From Moniliella sp. 'wahieum' (lineage: Eukaryota): 64,000 nt of DNA. Location: positions 62,001 to 126,000 of the forward strand of contig RSEE01000096.1 of NCBI GenBank assembly GCA_003971905.1, in the 5' to 3' direction. Numbering within the stretch: position 1 is the stretch's first letter; each line of letters begins with the position of its first letter. The notes under the pieces were generated by a model. It was not told the origin of the DNA, did not search any database, and saw only the letters and a program-made list of their open reading frames with translations. This document shows positions 11,440-23,902 of the stretch, piece by piece. The position numbers were made by a program, and so were the translations under genes.

Positions 11440-14171
11440 CCAAACATTAGAGCAGCTCGAAAAGAGAGAAACGGGAACAGCGCCTGGGCTAACGGCGCAG
11501 CATCCACGACGACTGGGCAAGGTTGTGAACTTGGGTTCGAACAGGGTGACAAGCGCCCACCTCGCCGGCCTGGGCCAAGGTGAGCAGCAAAAGCAGCGTA
11601 TTGTACGTCGCTAGTGCCGATGCGTGAGGGGGGACCCCAAACCCAAACCCAAACCCAACCCCAAGTCCTAGACCAAGTGGTAACGTGCCCGCTTTACCTG
11701 CCCTTTCCACTTCGTGAGCAACCAACGAAGGACTGGAGCTAACCAGTAACCGTAGCGCCGAAAGCGCTTCGTTCGCCACCGCTTCAGGACCAGGTAAAAG
11801 GACAGCTAAACTGGCTACCACAGCGGGCGTCACAAGTCGCGCGCTCGTGCGAGTCGAACGGCCGAAAACGTTTGTTCCATCACTTGTTCTTCCTCGGCTT
11901 GGGCCCATGTTCGTTCGGCTGCGGCCACCGGACCAGGCTCGGATGGTCGCGGAAGTGGATGCGGGTTTGGTCTTGACTTTGGCTTTGATCTGCGCCTCGG
12001 CCGTGGCCATGGGTAAGGTCTGGGGCTCGGGCTCGGGCTCGGGCTCGAGTTCGGGTTGGCCAAGGGTTCGGGTTGGGCCAAGGGTCCCGCACCGGCTTCG
12101 GGCACAGGGAGAAGGAACAAGGTTTGCACTAGGTACGCCAGGACGCGAGCAGCTTCTTGTCGTATAGGCAGGGAGAAAGGAGGGTCGAGTGCGAGGGTGG
12201 TAAGGAGGGATAAGGACGAAGTGGCACGTACGGCGTTGCCCACTGCACCAAGCGAGAGCAGCCTTAGCAACGTCAACGCACGAAACAGTAATTCTATCCC
12301 GCCCAAGCTCAATTGGCCCAATCCCAAGCCCACTCCCTCGGCCCCAGGTTCGGGCCTAAGCTCAGCCCCAGGCTCGACGAGAGGATGAACCAAGATGGAA
12401 AATGCAAGTTCGACCCACCCTGCTGCCCGAGCGGACCACGTGTCTCCAGTGGCCCAGCTAGCGTTTTGACTATGCCCAAAAGCGAGGCGGTTAGCGCCAC
12501 GTCGCCTGTTGCATGGGCATGGGTGAAGACGGGTGCGAGCATGTGCGCTATCCCTTGTTGCGCAAGCAGGACACAGGGGCTGGTGTACCCACCGTATTGC
12601 CCAAGAGGATCAAAGCGAGGGATCGTGCGGTAAAAGCTGGACTAAAGTACAGCTCCACCAACTTCCTTCCCGTAACAGTTGTCCTACTGCCTGCTCGTCC
12701 TGCGAGATGGCAAGTACACTGCGTTGCACCGCCTGCGTCGCGGTGGGGTCGAGCGAGGTTCGGAGAAAGGCTAGGTAAGTAGATAGTGCGGTGGGTGCGC
12801 TGCCAAGCAGCGCCACTCGGGACATTCGAGCGCTCCCATCTCCACCACATCCGTCGCTACCGATAACACTTCCCCATTGCCACTGCCCGCTTCGGACGAG
12901 AGAAAATGGTGCAGCACGTGCGTATGGCGTCAACTGCTGCTCCAATCGCATGAAGCGGAACGAAACTCTCCTCCTCGTCTAATGACGCAACAGGAAGGCC
13001 CATCATCACTTCCTCTTCCGCTTCCGCCCCAGTCCCACTTGTTCTTGTTCTTGTTCTTGCTCTGCTCGTGAACTTGCTCTCCCGCCCAGCCTACCTCTGT
13101 CCCTCGCTCCAGGTCCGGGGCAGAGTCAGACCCTGACCGGCAGGCAGAGAAGCATACGAATCCGACGAATAGCTCGGTGTCACATCCTCGTCAGGAGGAA
13201 GCAGGTACGTCCAAGAACCCTCCAGACTGTACCGCTCAGTTCAGGGAGGGCCAGCACGCGGGGGTCCGAACCGAGGCGGAAGAGCGAGGCAAGCGCCGTA
13301 GGGTGGTGGTAGAGAAACTGACGTGGGTGGGTGGTCAAGTTGAAGGTTGTACAGCGCGCCCACTGTGGCACGCAGCAAACTCGGATCCAGCTCCGCATCG
13401 TCCAAAGCGAACGCGCCACGTCCAGTACCGGTTCAGCCACTGTGAGGCGGAATAGGCGGGTTCGGTTCTCGGCTGGACAGAATAGAAGGCAGGGCAAGAC
13501 AGGCGCAGTTGGTTAGTCCTCCTTCTCTGTCCATGGGTGAGGCGACGAAGGCGAAGGCTCGGAGCCCAGAGCAGGGCGGGGCAGGGGCAGGGGCAGGGGC
13601 AGGGACGGGGGGGGACATACGACAGTCAACGCATAGGTTGCCTACGACACGTGCGAGCTGGGTCTGGGCGTCGCGCGGGGGGGGGCGGCGTCGGCAGCGA
13701 GGAGAAGCAAGGTGTGGAGCGGGGCATCCAGCTGCTCGCCCAGGGCAAGCCGGGCGGAGGGGAAGCGGAGTTGGTCTGCAATGGCGCGGAGTGAGGGAGC
13801 GACCAACGCCCACTCGTCCTCCTCGGCCGAGGGGAGAGGACGAGGGGGTGGAAGTGGGCGGCGAGCTGGTCGTCGAGGGAGGGTTTGGGGAGGGAGTCGA
13901 GGAGCATGGTGGGGTGGCCGCGGCGGGCGGCGAGGGGCGGGGCACGGAGGGAGGAGCTGCGGCGGCTCAGGAGACTGGCGAAGGAGGCGTCCGAGGCGCG
14001 GGCAGGGCCGGGGCCGAGGGCGGGCGGGGCGTAGGAGGAGGAGGAGGCGTCGGAGAGGAGGGAGGGCATGGAGGCGAGGGAGGTGGAGTTGAGGTGGGCG
14101 TGCGCGGCGTCGAGCACGGCGTCGAGCGCAGCGGCGAGGGGGCTGGGCGTGGGCATGGAGGGGGCGGCCAT
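11440..14171 (-). CDS. Armadillo-repeat protein, probably RAP1GDS1/SmgGDS (Bem4-like) family
   Basis: Stitched frames give QLARVVGNLCVD[intron ~13478-13620]..ENRTRL, LLRATVGALYNL, LALILLGN, LLGIVKTLAGPLETRGPLG and VANEALSALRLL. The 3' end is approximate. Confidence 0.55.
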
Positions 14172-17100
14172 GCTGGATGCGGTGGGGCGGACGCAGGCTT
14201 TTGCGGAGGCGTTCTGAGGTGTGTGCGATCTGACGCCGCCCCGGGGGCTGTCACGCGTCACCCACCGCCCATCACATGCACATATCACCGCTGCTGTGTT
14301 CGCGTGGGAGCGGAGCACGTCGGATGCCCCGTCTCAGATCCCAGGATGCAGTGTGCACACTGCCCCTGTGCGCGGGGCGAGCGCTCACAACCCAGCGCCA
14401 CATCACACAGCGCCCGGGTGCCTGCGCCACGCGCCTCGGCACCGCCCAAGCCGTGGCGGCTGTCACCCTCGCCCCTCCCCCGCCCGTGTGGGCGCACGCC
14501 TCCTCACGCGCCAGGCCTCACGCGTGGCCAAGTAGCAGCCATGCACCGCTCCTCGCTCCCAGGCCGCCCGCGCCGGTGTGTGACGCAAAAGGCAGCGCCT
14601 GCCAGCAGCCCAGCGCGCCCCTACACCATCCACCCCCTGCTGGCTCCTCCAGCCACAAGCACGCCCTCCGCGGCCCACGCCACCCTCCCAGCGCGCTGAC
14701 TCAGGCCCAGGCTCCCGCCCGCCCAGGACCGCCGATGCGCACACCCGAGCACAGCGTACCCCGTGCGCAGCAGCGCCCACCCGAGCAAACGGCAGTCTGC
14801 GCCTGTCTGCGCTGCGGTGATCCCCTACATACTTGCCACGATCCGTACGTACGCACTGCCCGCTGGGTACGTATCCCCCACAATCGAGTCGCCCCAGTGC
14901 GAGGGTGCATGGCGGGGCGCTGACAAGCCGACAAGACTGAGCCACTAGGGTCCAGGAACTAGGGTCCAGGCACCTCCCTGGACTCATCCTCATCCTCATC
15001 CTCACATTCCATCCAGCCTGCATCCACGTTGCTCTGCCCTGTCGGCCTTGGCGCGGGTACACGGTTTCCGCTTCCAAGCACCGGTTATACCCCCCGCAAC
15101 CATCTGTCCCGGCCGGTCGCTCGCCGCCAACGCTTCAACGCCGTTTCGGCACAGCTGCTTTGCACAGGACGTACTAGACATCTGAGGACCGAGGACCGCG
15201 AGTGTGATGCCCCGCAGTCCGCAGCTCGCGCACTCTCGGCCGCCACCGAGAGCTTTTGGGGCCTGCAGCAACGTGAGCTTGATCCTTCTCGTTTCTAATA
15301 TTTTGCTTGGCGTCGCGGCCACCCCACCAGAACCCTTCGAGCGCCCACCTGCGCCTACCCTATACGACCCCAGTGGACTGGATGAATGTGTCGATGATGC
15401 ATCCGCGTTTGAAGTATGTTGTTCCACTGCCAGAGGTGCAAAGAGGCGGACACCTCTGCTGACATGTCACATGCCATTTGAGACTAGTACGCAGCCACCC
15501 CAAAGTCCAAGGCCCAAAGCAGCAATAGACGAGGTTAAGACACGTTAAAGGTTAAACGTCAACGTAGGATACCTGCCAAGGCCAGTGGCAACAAATCCCG
15601 GCAAACGTGCAACCACACTGCACACTGCATGAATAGCATCTGAGATCAACAGACCTCAAGAGCCCACGGCCACTATCCAGGGCTCAGAGGCGTCCGCGCA
15701 TCAGGTTCCGACGTTTATACAGACGTTACGCGTTAACGTTTAACGCGTTACGCGGTACAGGCTCTCAGATCTTAACGTTTAACGTCTCCACAGGCCGGCT
15801 AGTCAGGCCTCACTGAGGTTGCAAGACCTCATACCTGCCTCATTAACTGGCTAGTAACTTGCTAGCAACTAGTCACTATTAGTCACTAGTCACTAGTCAC
15901 TAGTCAGGCCTCTCACTGATGGGGGACAACCTATTAAGGTCTTGCACTTCTTCAGCACTGAAGCTTGAAGCTTGATTGACAGCAGAGGGCTCCGCAGAAC
16001 ACCAAGGCAACGGTTGCACGCGAACCATGGTGGCGGATGCTAAACTGGGGCTGAACGGCAAGCACAAGAGAGAGATCTCCAAACGCCGGAGCTTGCCGGA
16101 GCACCACAGTAGTAAGTATAACTAGTAACGACAGTAGTACTAATGTTGACCGTTGACCGTTGACCGTTGACTCATTGACCGTGCTCAAGTAATGGCAAGT
16201 GGCAAGTGGGAAGTGGCAAAACGAAATGGGGGGAAGTTCATAGTTCATGCCGACGAAGGTAGTAGGGGGGTGAGGGGTAAGGGGTAAGGGACAGGATGGT
16301 ATGTCACTAGAGTCAGGCCTCAGGGGCGCAGAGATGCACCTGGTCCTTCCGCCGGCCTAGGCCTCGGGCCTCCCAACACACTACTACTACGAGGCGTCAC
16401 GCGTCCCGGCCAGGAATCATAACCATCAAATCCCAATCCATTCGTGGATCTCGCCCTTGGCCCGACGCTGCTGCTGCAAACGGATAGTACAGGTTACCCA
16501 CGATCTGGTGCAGGAGACAGGTTGCGCCTGTACGCTACTACGCACGAGGTCAACTCTTCAGGATTGAATGAACAGTGAGGCCTGATATCCTGAGGCCTTG
16601 AGGCCCTGAGGCATCAGGTCTGATGTCGATCTGATGGGGAAAACAAAGGCGGTGTGGTTGTGGTGCCTTGACGCTGTGGCATTTCCACCACGGGCGCGAC
16701 AGAAGTGAAGCTTGACGCTTGACGCTTGTGAAGGAGGATTCGCTGAGTTGGGCCCTTTTGGGTCTGTATCAAGCATGCCATATCCCTGTTCAACGTTCGT
16801 GTGGTGCAACGTGCAGCACGTCCGAGAGGTGTGTAGGGGACCCGTTGCGATGCGCAGAGCAGCCTGGTGAAGCTAGAAGGATATTGTAGAGTGTTTTGGA
16901 GGTCCCGAGCGGGGGTGGCGGGACGGGATGGGTTGAGCACAAAATCAATGTTAATGCAGGCTTGCGAAGAGGCATGTCTCTGCTCCAAAGCAGGCATGGA
17001 CAAAGTGACAAAGTGACAAAGGGTAAACAAATGGACAAAAGGACAAACGGAGAAGGGACGTGGGAGGATACGATCTTCAATCACCTACTATATACGACAC

Positions 17101-18021
17101 GGATCATGACAGCCAGAAGAACAGCATATGTGGGAGGGGAGGGAGGGGGAGGGAAACAGGAAGACACAGAGGGCTGCGAAACCAGAGTTGATCGATGGAC
17201 ACTAAGTACTAACCAATCAGTGCACCAATTAAAGAGAGACACAGTAACAGTGTCGAACCGGGGAGGATGGGCGCAATGATTATTGGCCGACCAATGGATC
17301 AGGAACTCGAATTACCATTGGCTGCGCCCGAATTAAACGTGCGGATGAACAGTAGGGGAAGCGCAGAGACGGAGAGCAGCGTCACGGGCGGGGGGATCAA
17401 GCTTCAAGTGCAGCGGTCCTGTGATGGATGCACAGTATGGGGGAGCGAAAAGCGGATCGTTGCCGATACGTTTATCCTGACTAGCCTTCTGAGACTAGTC
17501 TGACTAGTCTGACTAGTCTGACTAGCCTGATTCATGATTGGCCTGCCATCTCGAGTCCGCTAGTCGAGATGTGGCGCGTCGAACGTCGAGGCGGGCCTGA
17601 AGCTTGAAGCACCTGGGCCAGATGGGCACACATGCGCCACTGCCGTACCTAGAGCGTAAGGCCTAGGGGCAAAGGGAAATAGGAAATAGGAACTCCATTG
17701 CACCTGTCGATCGATGATGAATGGATGACGTGGCCCATCACTCACCCTGACATGCTGACACGGCACTACGGCCTAGCGCCTGCGTCCGGCCCGGGATGTT
17801 CACCTGAATGTGAACGTTGAACAACACTAAGCGCTAAGCTGACCCCATCGGGACGGTTTCCAGCAAGAAAAAGGTGACCACTGGCCGCTGGCCTCAGGGC
17901 CTCACCGGCCGGTGTCGTCGTTTGCGCGCGCGCGTATTCTTCTCCTTCTTAGATCTTACCACCCACCACCTCACCTCAGGCCTCACCTCCGACTTAGCCT
18001 TACCTACCCCTTCCCGTCCCT

Positions 18022-19186
18022 ATGGCACCTATTCCCACCGAATCCTATCGCTGGCCCAAGCCCAAGTACACCTTTGAAGTGCGTCTCGCGTCCTCTCCCC
18101 TCCCGCCTGCCCCATGCCCCATTTCTGCTCGGATGATCGATGAGCTCCCCCCCCCCCCCCCCCTACCCCGACCTTGCCACAGACCACAGACCTCTGAGTA
18201 CTGACCACTGACCGCGGACCGCGGACCCTGGGTCCACTCCCCAGACCGTCAAGGGCTACTTTCTTTACGATGACGAGCAGTCTGATCCCCAACTGGCCCC
18301 GCTCGAGCCTAACTTTGGCCTGCGCAGTGACAAGACGTGGAAAGATCTGCTGGCTGAATTGATCGGTACGTTACGTTACGTTTCGTTGGTTCTCTTTCTC
18401 TTTCTTTTTCTTTTTCTTTTTCTCTCCCTCGTTGCCCCCTGTGATTGGTGCTGTGGTGGCTGTGGTGCTGATACTCCCGACAGAGCTCAACGAGCACGCC
18501 GAACCGGGCGTGCAGTACAAACTCATTTACGCCGGTCGGCATGGCGAAGGCTACCACAACGTGGCCAACGATAAGTACGGGCCGATGTGGGACGAGAAGT
18601 GGAGCCATGAGTTTGGCGATGGCACGCTCACCTGGGGTCCGGACCCGGAACTTACGCCACTCGGTATCCAACAAGCTCAAGCTATCGACACGGAATGGAA
18701 ACGGCTACTTGTGCCGGACAACCTGGACCAACCTCCGTTGCCTACGCGGTTGATCAGCAGCCCCTTTCGCCGGAGCGCAGTCACCATGCTCACTGCGTGG
18801 AACCATGTGCTGGCAAAAGGCTTGATCCCTACCACCCCGGTCATCCGCGAACTGTGGCGCGAACAAATTTGGAGCCACACGTGCGACTGGCGCTCGTCCA
18901 AGACCATCATCCATCATCGCGTCCAGAGTTTGTCTTAGAAGACAAGATGTCGGAGGAAGATGAGCTGCGGCACGAGGTGGTCGAAACGGAGGATACAGTG
19001 TACATCCGTATGCGGTCCGCCTTGAGCCAAACGTTTGATGAGTTCCCCGACGACCCGGTGATTGGCATCTCGTCCCACTCGGGCGCGGTGCGAGGCCTGC
19101 TGATGGCCGTCGGACACAACGTGTTCAAGCCCAAGATTTGCAGTTTCATCCCGCTCATCGTCAAGGCCACGCCCATTGACGATTGA
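18022..19186 (+). CDS. Histidine phosphatase / phosphoglycerate mutase family protein (Pmu1-like)
   Basis: YKLIYAGRHGEGYHNVA (RHG motif); WGPDPELTPLGIQQA; SSPFRRS; HTCDWRSSK; SSHSG. Introns about 18079-18244 and 18366-18483. Confidence 0.9.
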
Positions 19187-20182
19187 TGCTTGGTGCTTGA
19201 TGCCTGGTGCATGATTCATGCGTGTGCTTGGAGCTGGGGTGGATGGATGCGTGGAGCGTCTGGAAGCTTGAAGCTTAGTTGAAGCTCGAAGCGCCAAGGC
19301 GTTACACGTTCTGTGGCTGGAGCGCTACTGTGGGCTTCTGTCTTTCTCCTGGACTCAGTACTAATTGTGCATCATGTCTCTGCGACCAGGGGGCTCGGTT
19401 GGGTGGTTCGAAAGGGCGGGTACTACAATGGGCAGCGCTTGCAAGCAGCCGTTGAGCATGGGTGGGGCAGGCGTTGGGACCGGTGCCATGCGGGATCAGC
19501 ATCAGTCGAGTGATAGGAGGCAGAAGACGCTTTGAGCGTGGGACGGAGGGCACGTGAGCATGCACGTGATGGCTGCTTGGACTGCATGCCACGTGGAAGG
19601 ATGGATGAGCGATGCGGCCGAAGCCGGAACAGACTGGTGGAAGGTGAAAGGGGAAGGGTGAAGGGTGAAAGGTGAAATTTGAAATGGCCGGCGATGGTTT
19701 GAACACGCGCCGAGACAGCGGCGGTGGGTGGGCACGGGGCGGGTGTGCGGCTGGTGCGGGCTGGTGCGGGCGGGGGGGCGCCGGCCGTCTCGGAAGACGT
19801 CCCGGCGGCCCAGCGGACCCCCGGTTTCGCCCGGCACGCAGGCAGTGTGGCGTGTATATCGCCCTGGCCCAGCACAGGCGCTACCCCCACCCGGCCTTGC
19901 GTCCCAGCGGAGGCCCATGCCATGTGAAGCTGCAAGTCAAGCGAAGCGTCAGCACTCAGTCCCGACTCAGCTCAGGGCTGCCCCCCCGTTCGTGTCTGTC
20001 CGTGGGACGTTTGCCCACGCACCACTGCCCCCACGCGCCGCCCCCACACCCACTTGTCCCGCCTTTTGCCCGCCCCCACGCGTGTCTTGTCCGCCCTGCC
20101 TTGGCTGGCCCTGCGCAGGCCGCCGCCCCTCGCCCCCTCCTTCTCGCCCACCACCGTCTCTGCGCCCCCTCCCCCTCACACC

Positions 20183-21289
20183 ATGGCTGCCTCTGCTCCT
20201 GCTCCGCCTTCCGTCCTCGACCACGCCGCCCGCGACATGTCGGCTACGGCCCCCATCTCCCCGACCCCCAGTGGCCCGGCGGAGCCAAGATCTGCATCTC
20301 CTTTGTCCTCAACTACGAGGAAGGCGGCGAGCACACTCTCCTCAACGGTGACCCCACAGCGAGGCGTTCCTTTCCGAGTCCGGTGCCACCGGCAGCGCGC
20401 GTCCCGGTCGCAACCTGGGCGTGGAGAGTGGGTACGAGTATGGTGCCCACCGTGGTTTTTGGCGCATCCTCAACCTGTTCAAAGAGCGTGGCTTGGTCTT
20501 TACTTCCTGGGCGATCGGACGTGCCGTCGAACTCAACCCGGCCGTGGTGGATGCAATGCAAGATGCTGGATGTGAGGTCGGGTCCCACTCTTACCGCTGG
20601 ATCGATTATTGGGAAACCCCAGAACACGAGGAAAGGCAACATGTCGACTTGGCCTTGTCGGCACTTACTAAGGCTTCCTCCCGCGGCACAGTCCCGCTCG
20701 GATGGTACACCGGCCGCCAGTCCCTCCAGACACGACGGATCGTGTATGACAAGTACCGCCAATTGGGCTTGCTCGACAAGTACTACGATAGTGATGCCTG
20801 TATGTTGCTTTTTGTCGTTTGCTGTTTGCTATTTGCTGTTTGCGTTTTGCGTTTTGCATGTTGCTTTGTGGTGCGGCGGAGCCAGATACTGACCCACGTG
20901 TGCCATATTTAGACGACGAAGACCTTCCGTACTGGGTCACAAGTCCTTCGCCCTCGCGGACCGAACCGTCTCCGCCCTTGCTTGTCATTCCCTACACGTT
21001 AGACAACAACGATATGAAATTTGCGCAAGCGCCCGGGTTTAGTGGTGCCTCGCCGTTTTACGAGTACCTCAAAAACGCATTTGACACGCTTTATTCCGAG
21101 GGCGCCAAGGGCGAACCTAAAATGATGAGCATCGGACTCCACTGCCGCGTAATCGGTCGTCCAGGCCGCTTCCCGGGCCTCGTCGCGTTCCTCGACTACA
21201 TCCAAAAATTCGACGGTGTCTGGGTCGCCACTCGCTCCCAAATCGCTGACCACTGGCGTACCACTCACCCTGCCCCAGCTGGGTTGTAA
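20183..21289 (+). CDS. Polysaccharide deacetylase family protein, PuuE allantoinase-like (CE4)
   Basis: VGYG..PDPQWPGGAKICISFVLNYEEGGE; ESGYEYGAHRGFWRI; SHSYRWIDY; GWYTGR; YDSD..DEDLPYWV; IPYTLDNNDMKF; MMSIGLHCRVIGRPGR. Intron about 20800-20912. Confidence 0.92.
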
Positions 21290-21975
21290 CATGAAATCGC
21301 AAAACGTATACATGAAAAAACGTACATGAAAAAACGTTGAAGGAAAAACGTTGAAGGAAAAACGTACATGTACGTATTAGTTGGGGTTCTGTTCCCTCCT
21401 CCCCCTCCCCCACTCCCTCCTGTGGTGCGGCGTTGCTTCCCTAGTTATTGTCTTGTCCTTCATGAAACCATTTTGTGCCTGCTTGTGTCCAATTTCTGCT
21501 TCTTTTCTGGCTGCCTGGTATATAGTTATAGGCCTGCCTGTGCGCCACTGGTCATCACTTTCAGGTCATCCTATAGTGTGCGCCAGGCAACGTACACCCC
21601 GCCTTCCTTCTTCCTCTCACACTCTACTCTTTCCGTCGCGTGGTCATTACCACCACCCTCATGCCGCGCAGTACGTCTGGATCCCTGATGCCCATGTCGT
21701 TCACGGCGATTCAAACCTTAGGTACCAGCTCAATAAAAGTCAAATGGCGCGTCAACCGAGGCCTAGCAAGTAGGTCCTTCTAGCACAGTAACGATCCTTG
21801 AACTGTGGTATGAACGTTGAACAGCCAAACCATGCCATTTCAGATGGATAGAGGCAAGAGAATCCTATTGGGGTGCGCTCGGCACTCAAGCGCGCCCACC
21901 ACTACAACTACCGCTGCTGGTTGCAGAGAGATGCTCAGACCAAGGTCCTGTCATATATCATAGGCGAACGGAGAG

Positions 21976-23098
21976 TCAGGCGATCCGGATCAAAGCTTGC
22001 CAATCGTCTTGCGTGATGTGATGTCCAGCTCGGCTTGGCGGACACCCTCGGCAGAGAAAGGGTACTCCTTGTAGATACTCTGCTTGATGACTCCCTGGGC
22101 CAACAGGTCAAACAGCTCTTTGGTGTACGCCTGCCACTCCTCCGGCGTCGCAACGTAGTTGCCCAGCGTGGGACGGACAATCTTGATGTTCTTCGAGGCA
22201 AGACGTAGCAGGCTCACAGGCGGCACCGCACCAGACGCATTCCCAATCGAAACAATGGTACCCTTACGTGCAACCGCTTTGAGCGCATCTGCAGAAAAAA
22301 ACGGGTTTTTGGCTAGTTAGCTAAGCTGCCCTCTCCCTTTTGCACATCAAGGCCAGGCCAAGACAACGAGACAACAAGACAACAAGACAACAAGACAACC
22401 AAAACAACGTACCTTCAAACGTCGCCTTTCCCACGCCATCAAACACAGCCTCCACCCCACGTCCGTTGGTCAACTTGGCCACCTCGGCAGGAATGTCGAT
22501 CCCTTGGGTCGAGAGGAAGACGTGTTCAGCGCCTGCCTTGCGTGCATGTTGGACTTTTTCCTCGGTCGACACGGTGCCAATTACATGGGCGCCGCGATGA
22601 GTCGCAATTTGGGTGATCAGCGTGCCCAACCCCCCCGCAGCGGCAGGCACCAAAATCCAGTCCCCCCTGGACACGGTACGCCTCCGTAACGTTCGTCAGG
22701 GCCGTCAAACCCTGCAGAAGCGTTGCAGCTCCCGTACGGCTATCCACACCGGGGGGCAACAAAGCTACTCGCTTGTCCACCTCAGCAGCAGGGACCAACT
22801 TGTACTGCGTGTAAACCCCGTCGCCGTAATACGCTACCTTGTCACCCACCTTGAACGAAGCGCCTTGTCCAGCCGCGACCACTGTCCCGGCCAACTCGAC
22901 ACCGAGCGTGAACGGCACAGGGCGCGGGTACAGCCCGCCCAAAAGGTAATTGTCAATGTAGTTCACCCCGGCATACTCGGACTGAATCAACACGTCCCCC
23001 GGCTGCACGGCGCCAACAGGCACCGTAGCGTCCACTAGAACTTCGGGTCCACCAGGCTTGCTGACTTGCACAGCCGATTGCGTCGTGGGCAGGACCAT
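21976..23098 (-). CDS. NADPH:quinone oxidoreductase (zeta-crystallin / Zta1-like MDR)
   Basis: GGPEVL; YAGVNYIDNY; LLQGLTA; AAAGGLG; VFDGVGKATFE; SIGNASG; RKTIGKL. Intron about 22290-22412. Confidence 0.92.
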
Positions 23099-23902
23099 GG
23101 TGTTGCGCTTAACGAGTACGGGGGGAGGAAAGGAGAGAGGAGGGAGGAACAGATAGATGCGCTGGGCAGGAGTGGGGACAGACGTCCGTTTTATTCCTCG
23201 GCTTATCTCCGGCCGTGCACGGACGCGCGCTTCCCGGGCGTCTTGTGCTTCGCTTGGCAATTGCAATTTCAGCGTTGGCTCGCACGCCACGCATTGCGTA
23301 ATCCCAATCGGACTCGGAATTAGAATCAGAATCGGCCGCCGTCAGATAGACTCCGGCATCGAGAGATCATCGATCATCGATCATTAATCAATTGACCATC
23401 CCATTTCGACCCAGGCTCTTCTTCTCCACCGCTTGCCTTGTCGAGTCATGACTAGCATGGCTCGACGTGCGTCTCGCCAGGGCGCCCATCCTGCATTTGC
23501 ATTCCGTAACGGTCCCGCGCACGCACTGGTCACGCGCTCACGCACCTCCCATGCCCCACGCTCCCGGTACGGTTGGCTGGGCTTTTGGGACATCCAATTC
23601 CTATGGGGTCGCAAGGGCCAACTCACGTCATTTTCGTGATTGAGTACTGAGTTGCTATTAGGATACAATCAAGAGCAGCAGCAGTTGTCTCTCTACTGCA
23701 GTGTATGGATCGACGAAGGAGGTGGCCTGCGGAGACATCAATCGATCGTGAGGGCAGCCACGAACTATTTTTGGCGTGCAGATAGGGACCAACGGAGACA
23801 TAACGTAGTAGTTGAAGAAAACGGGAAAAAGACAAAGAGCTGGTGGGGCACACTGGTCATGATGCATCATTAATCATTGGGCGAGCCCCGCGGCGCGACG
23901 CG

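Noticed and set aside
13509..14699. 396-aa Gly-rich plus-strand ORF
   Set aside because: Antisense shadow of the ARM-repeat gene, with no recognisable motifs.
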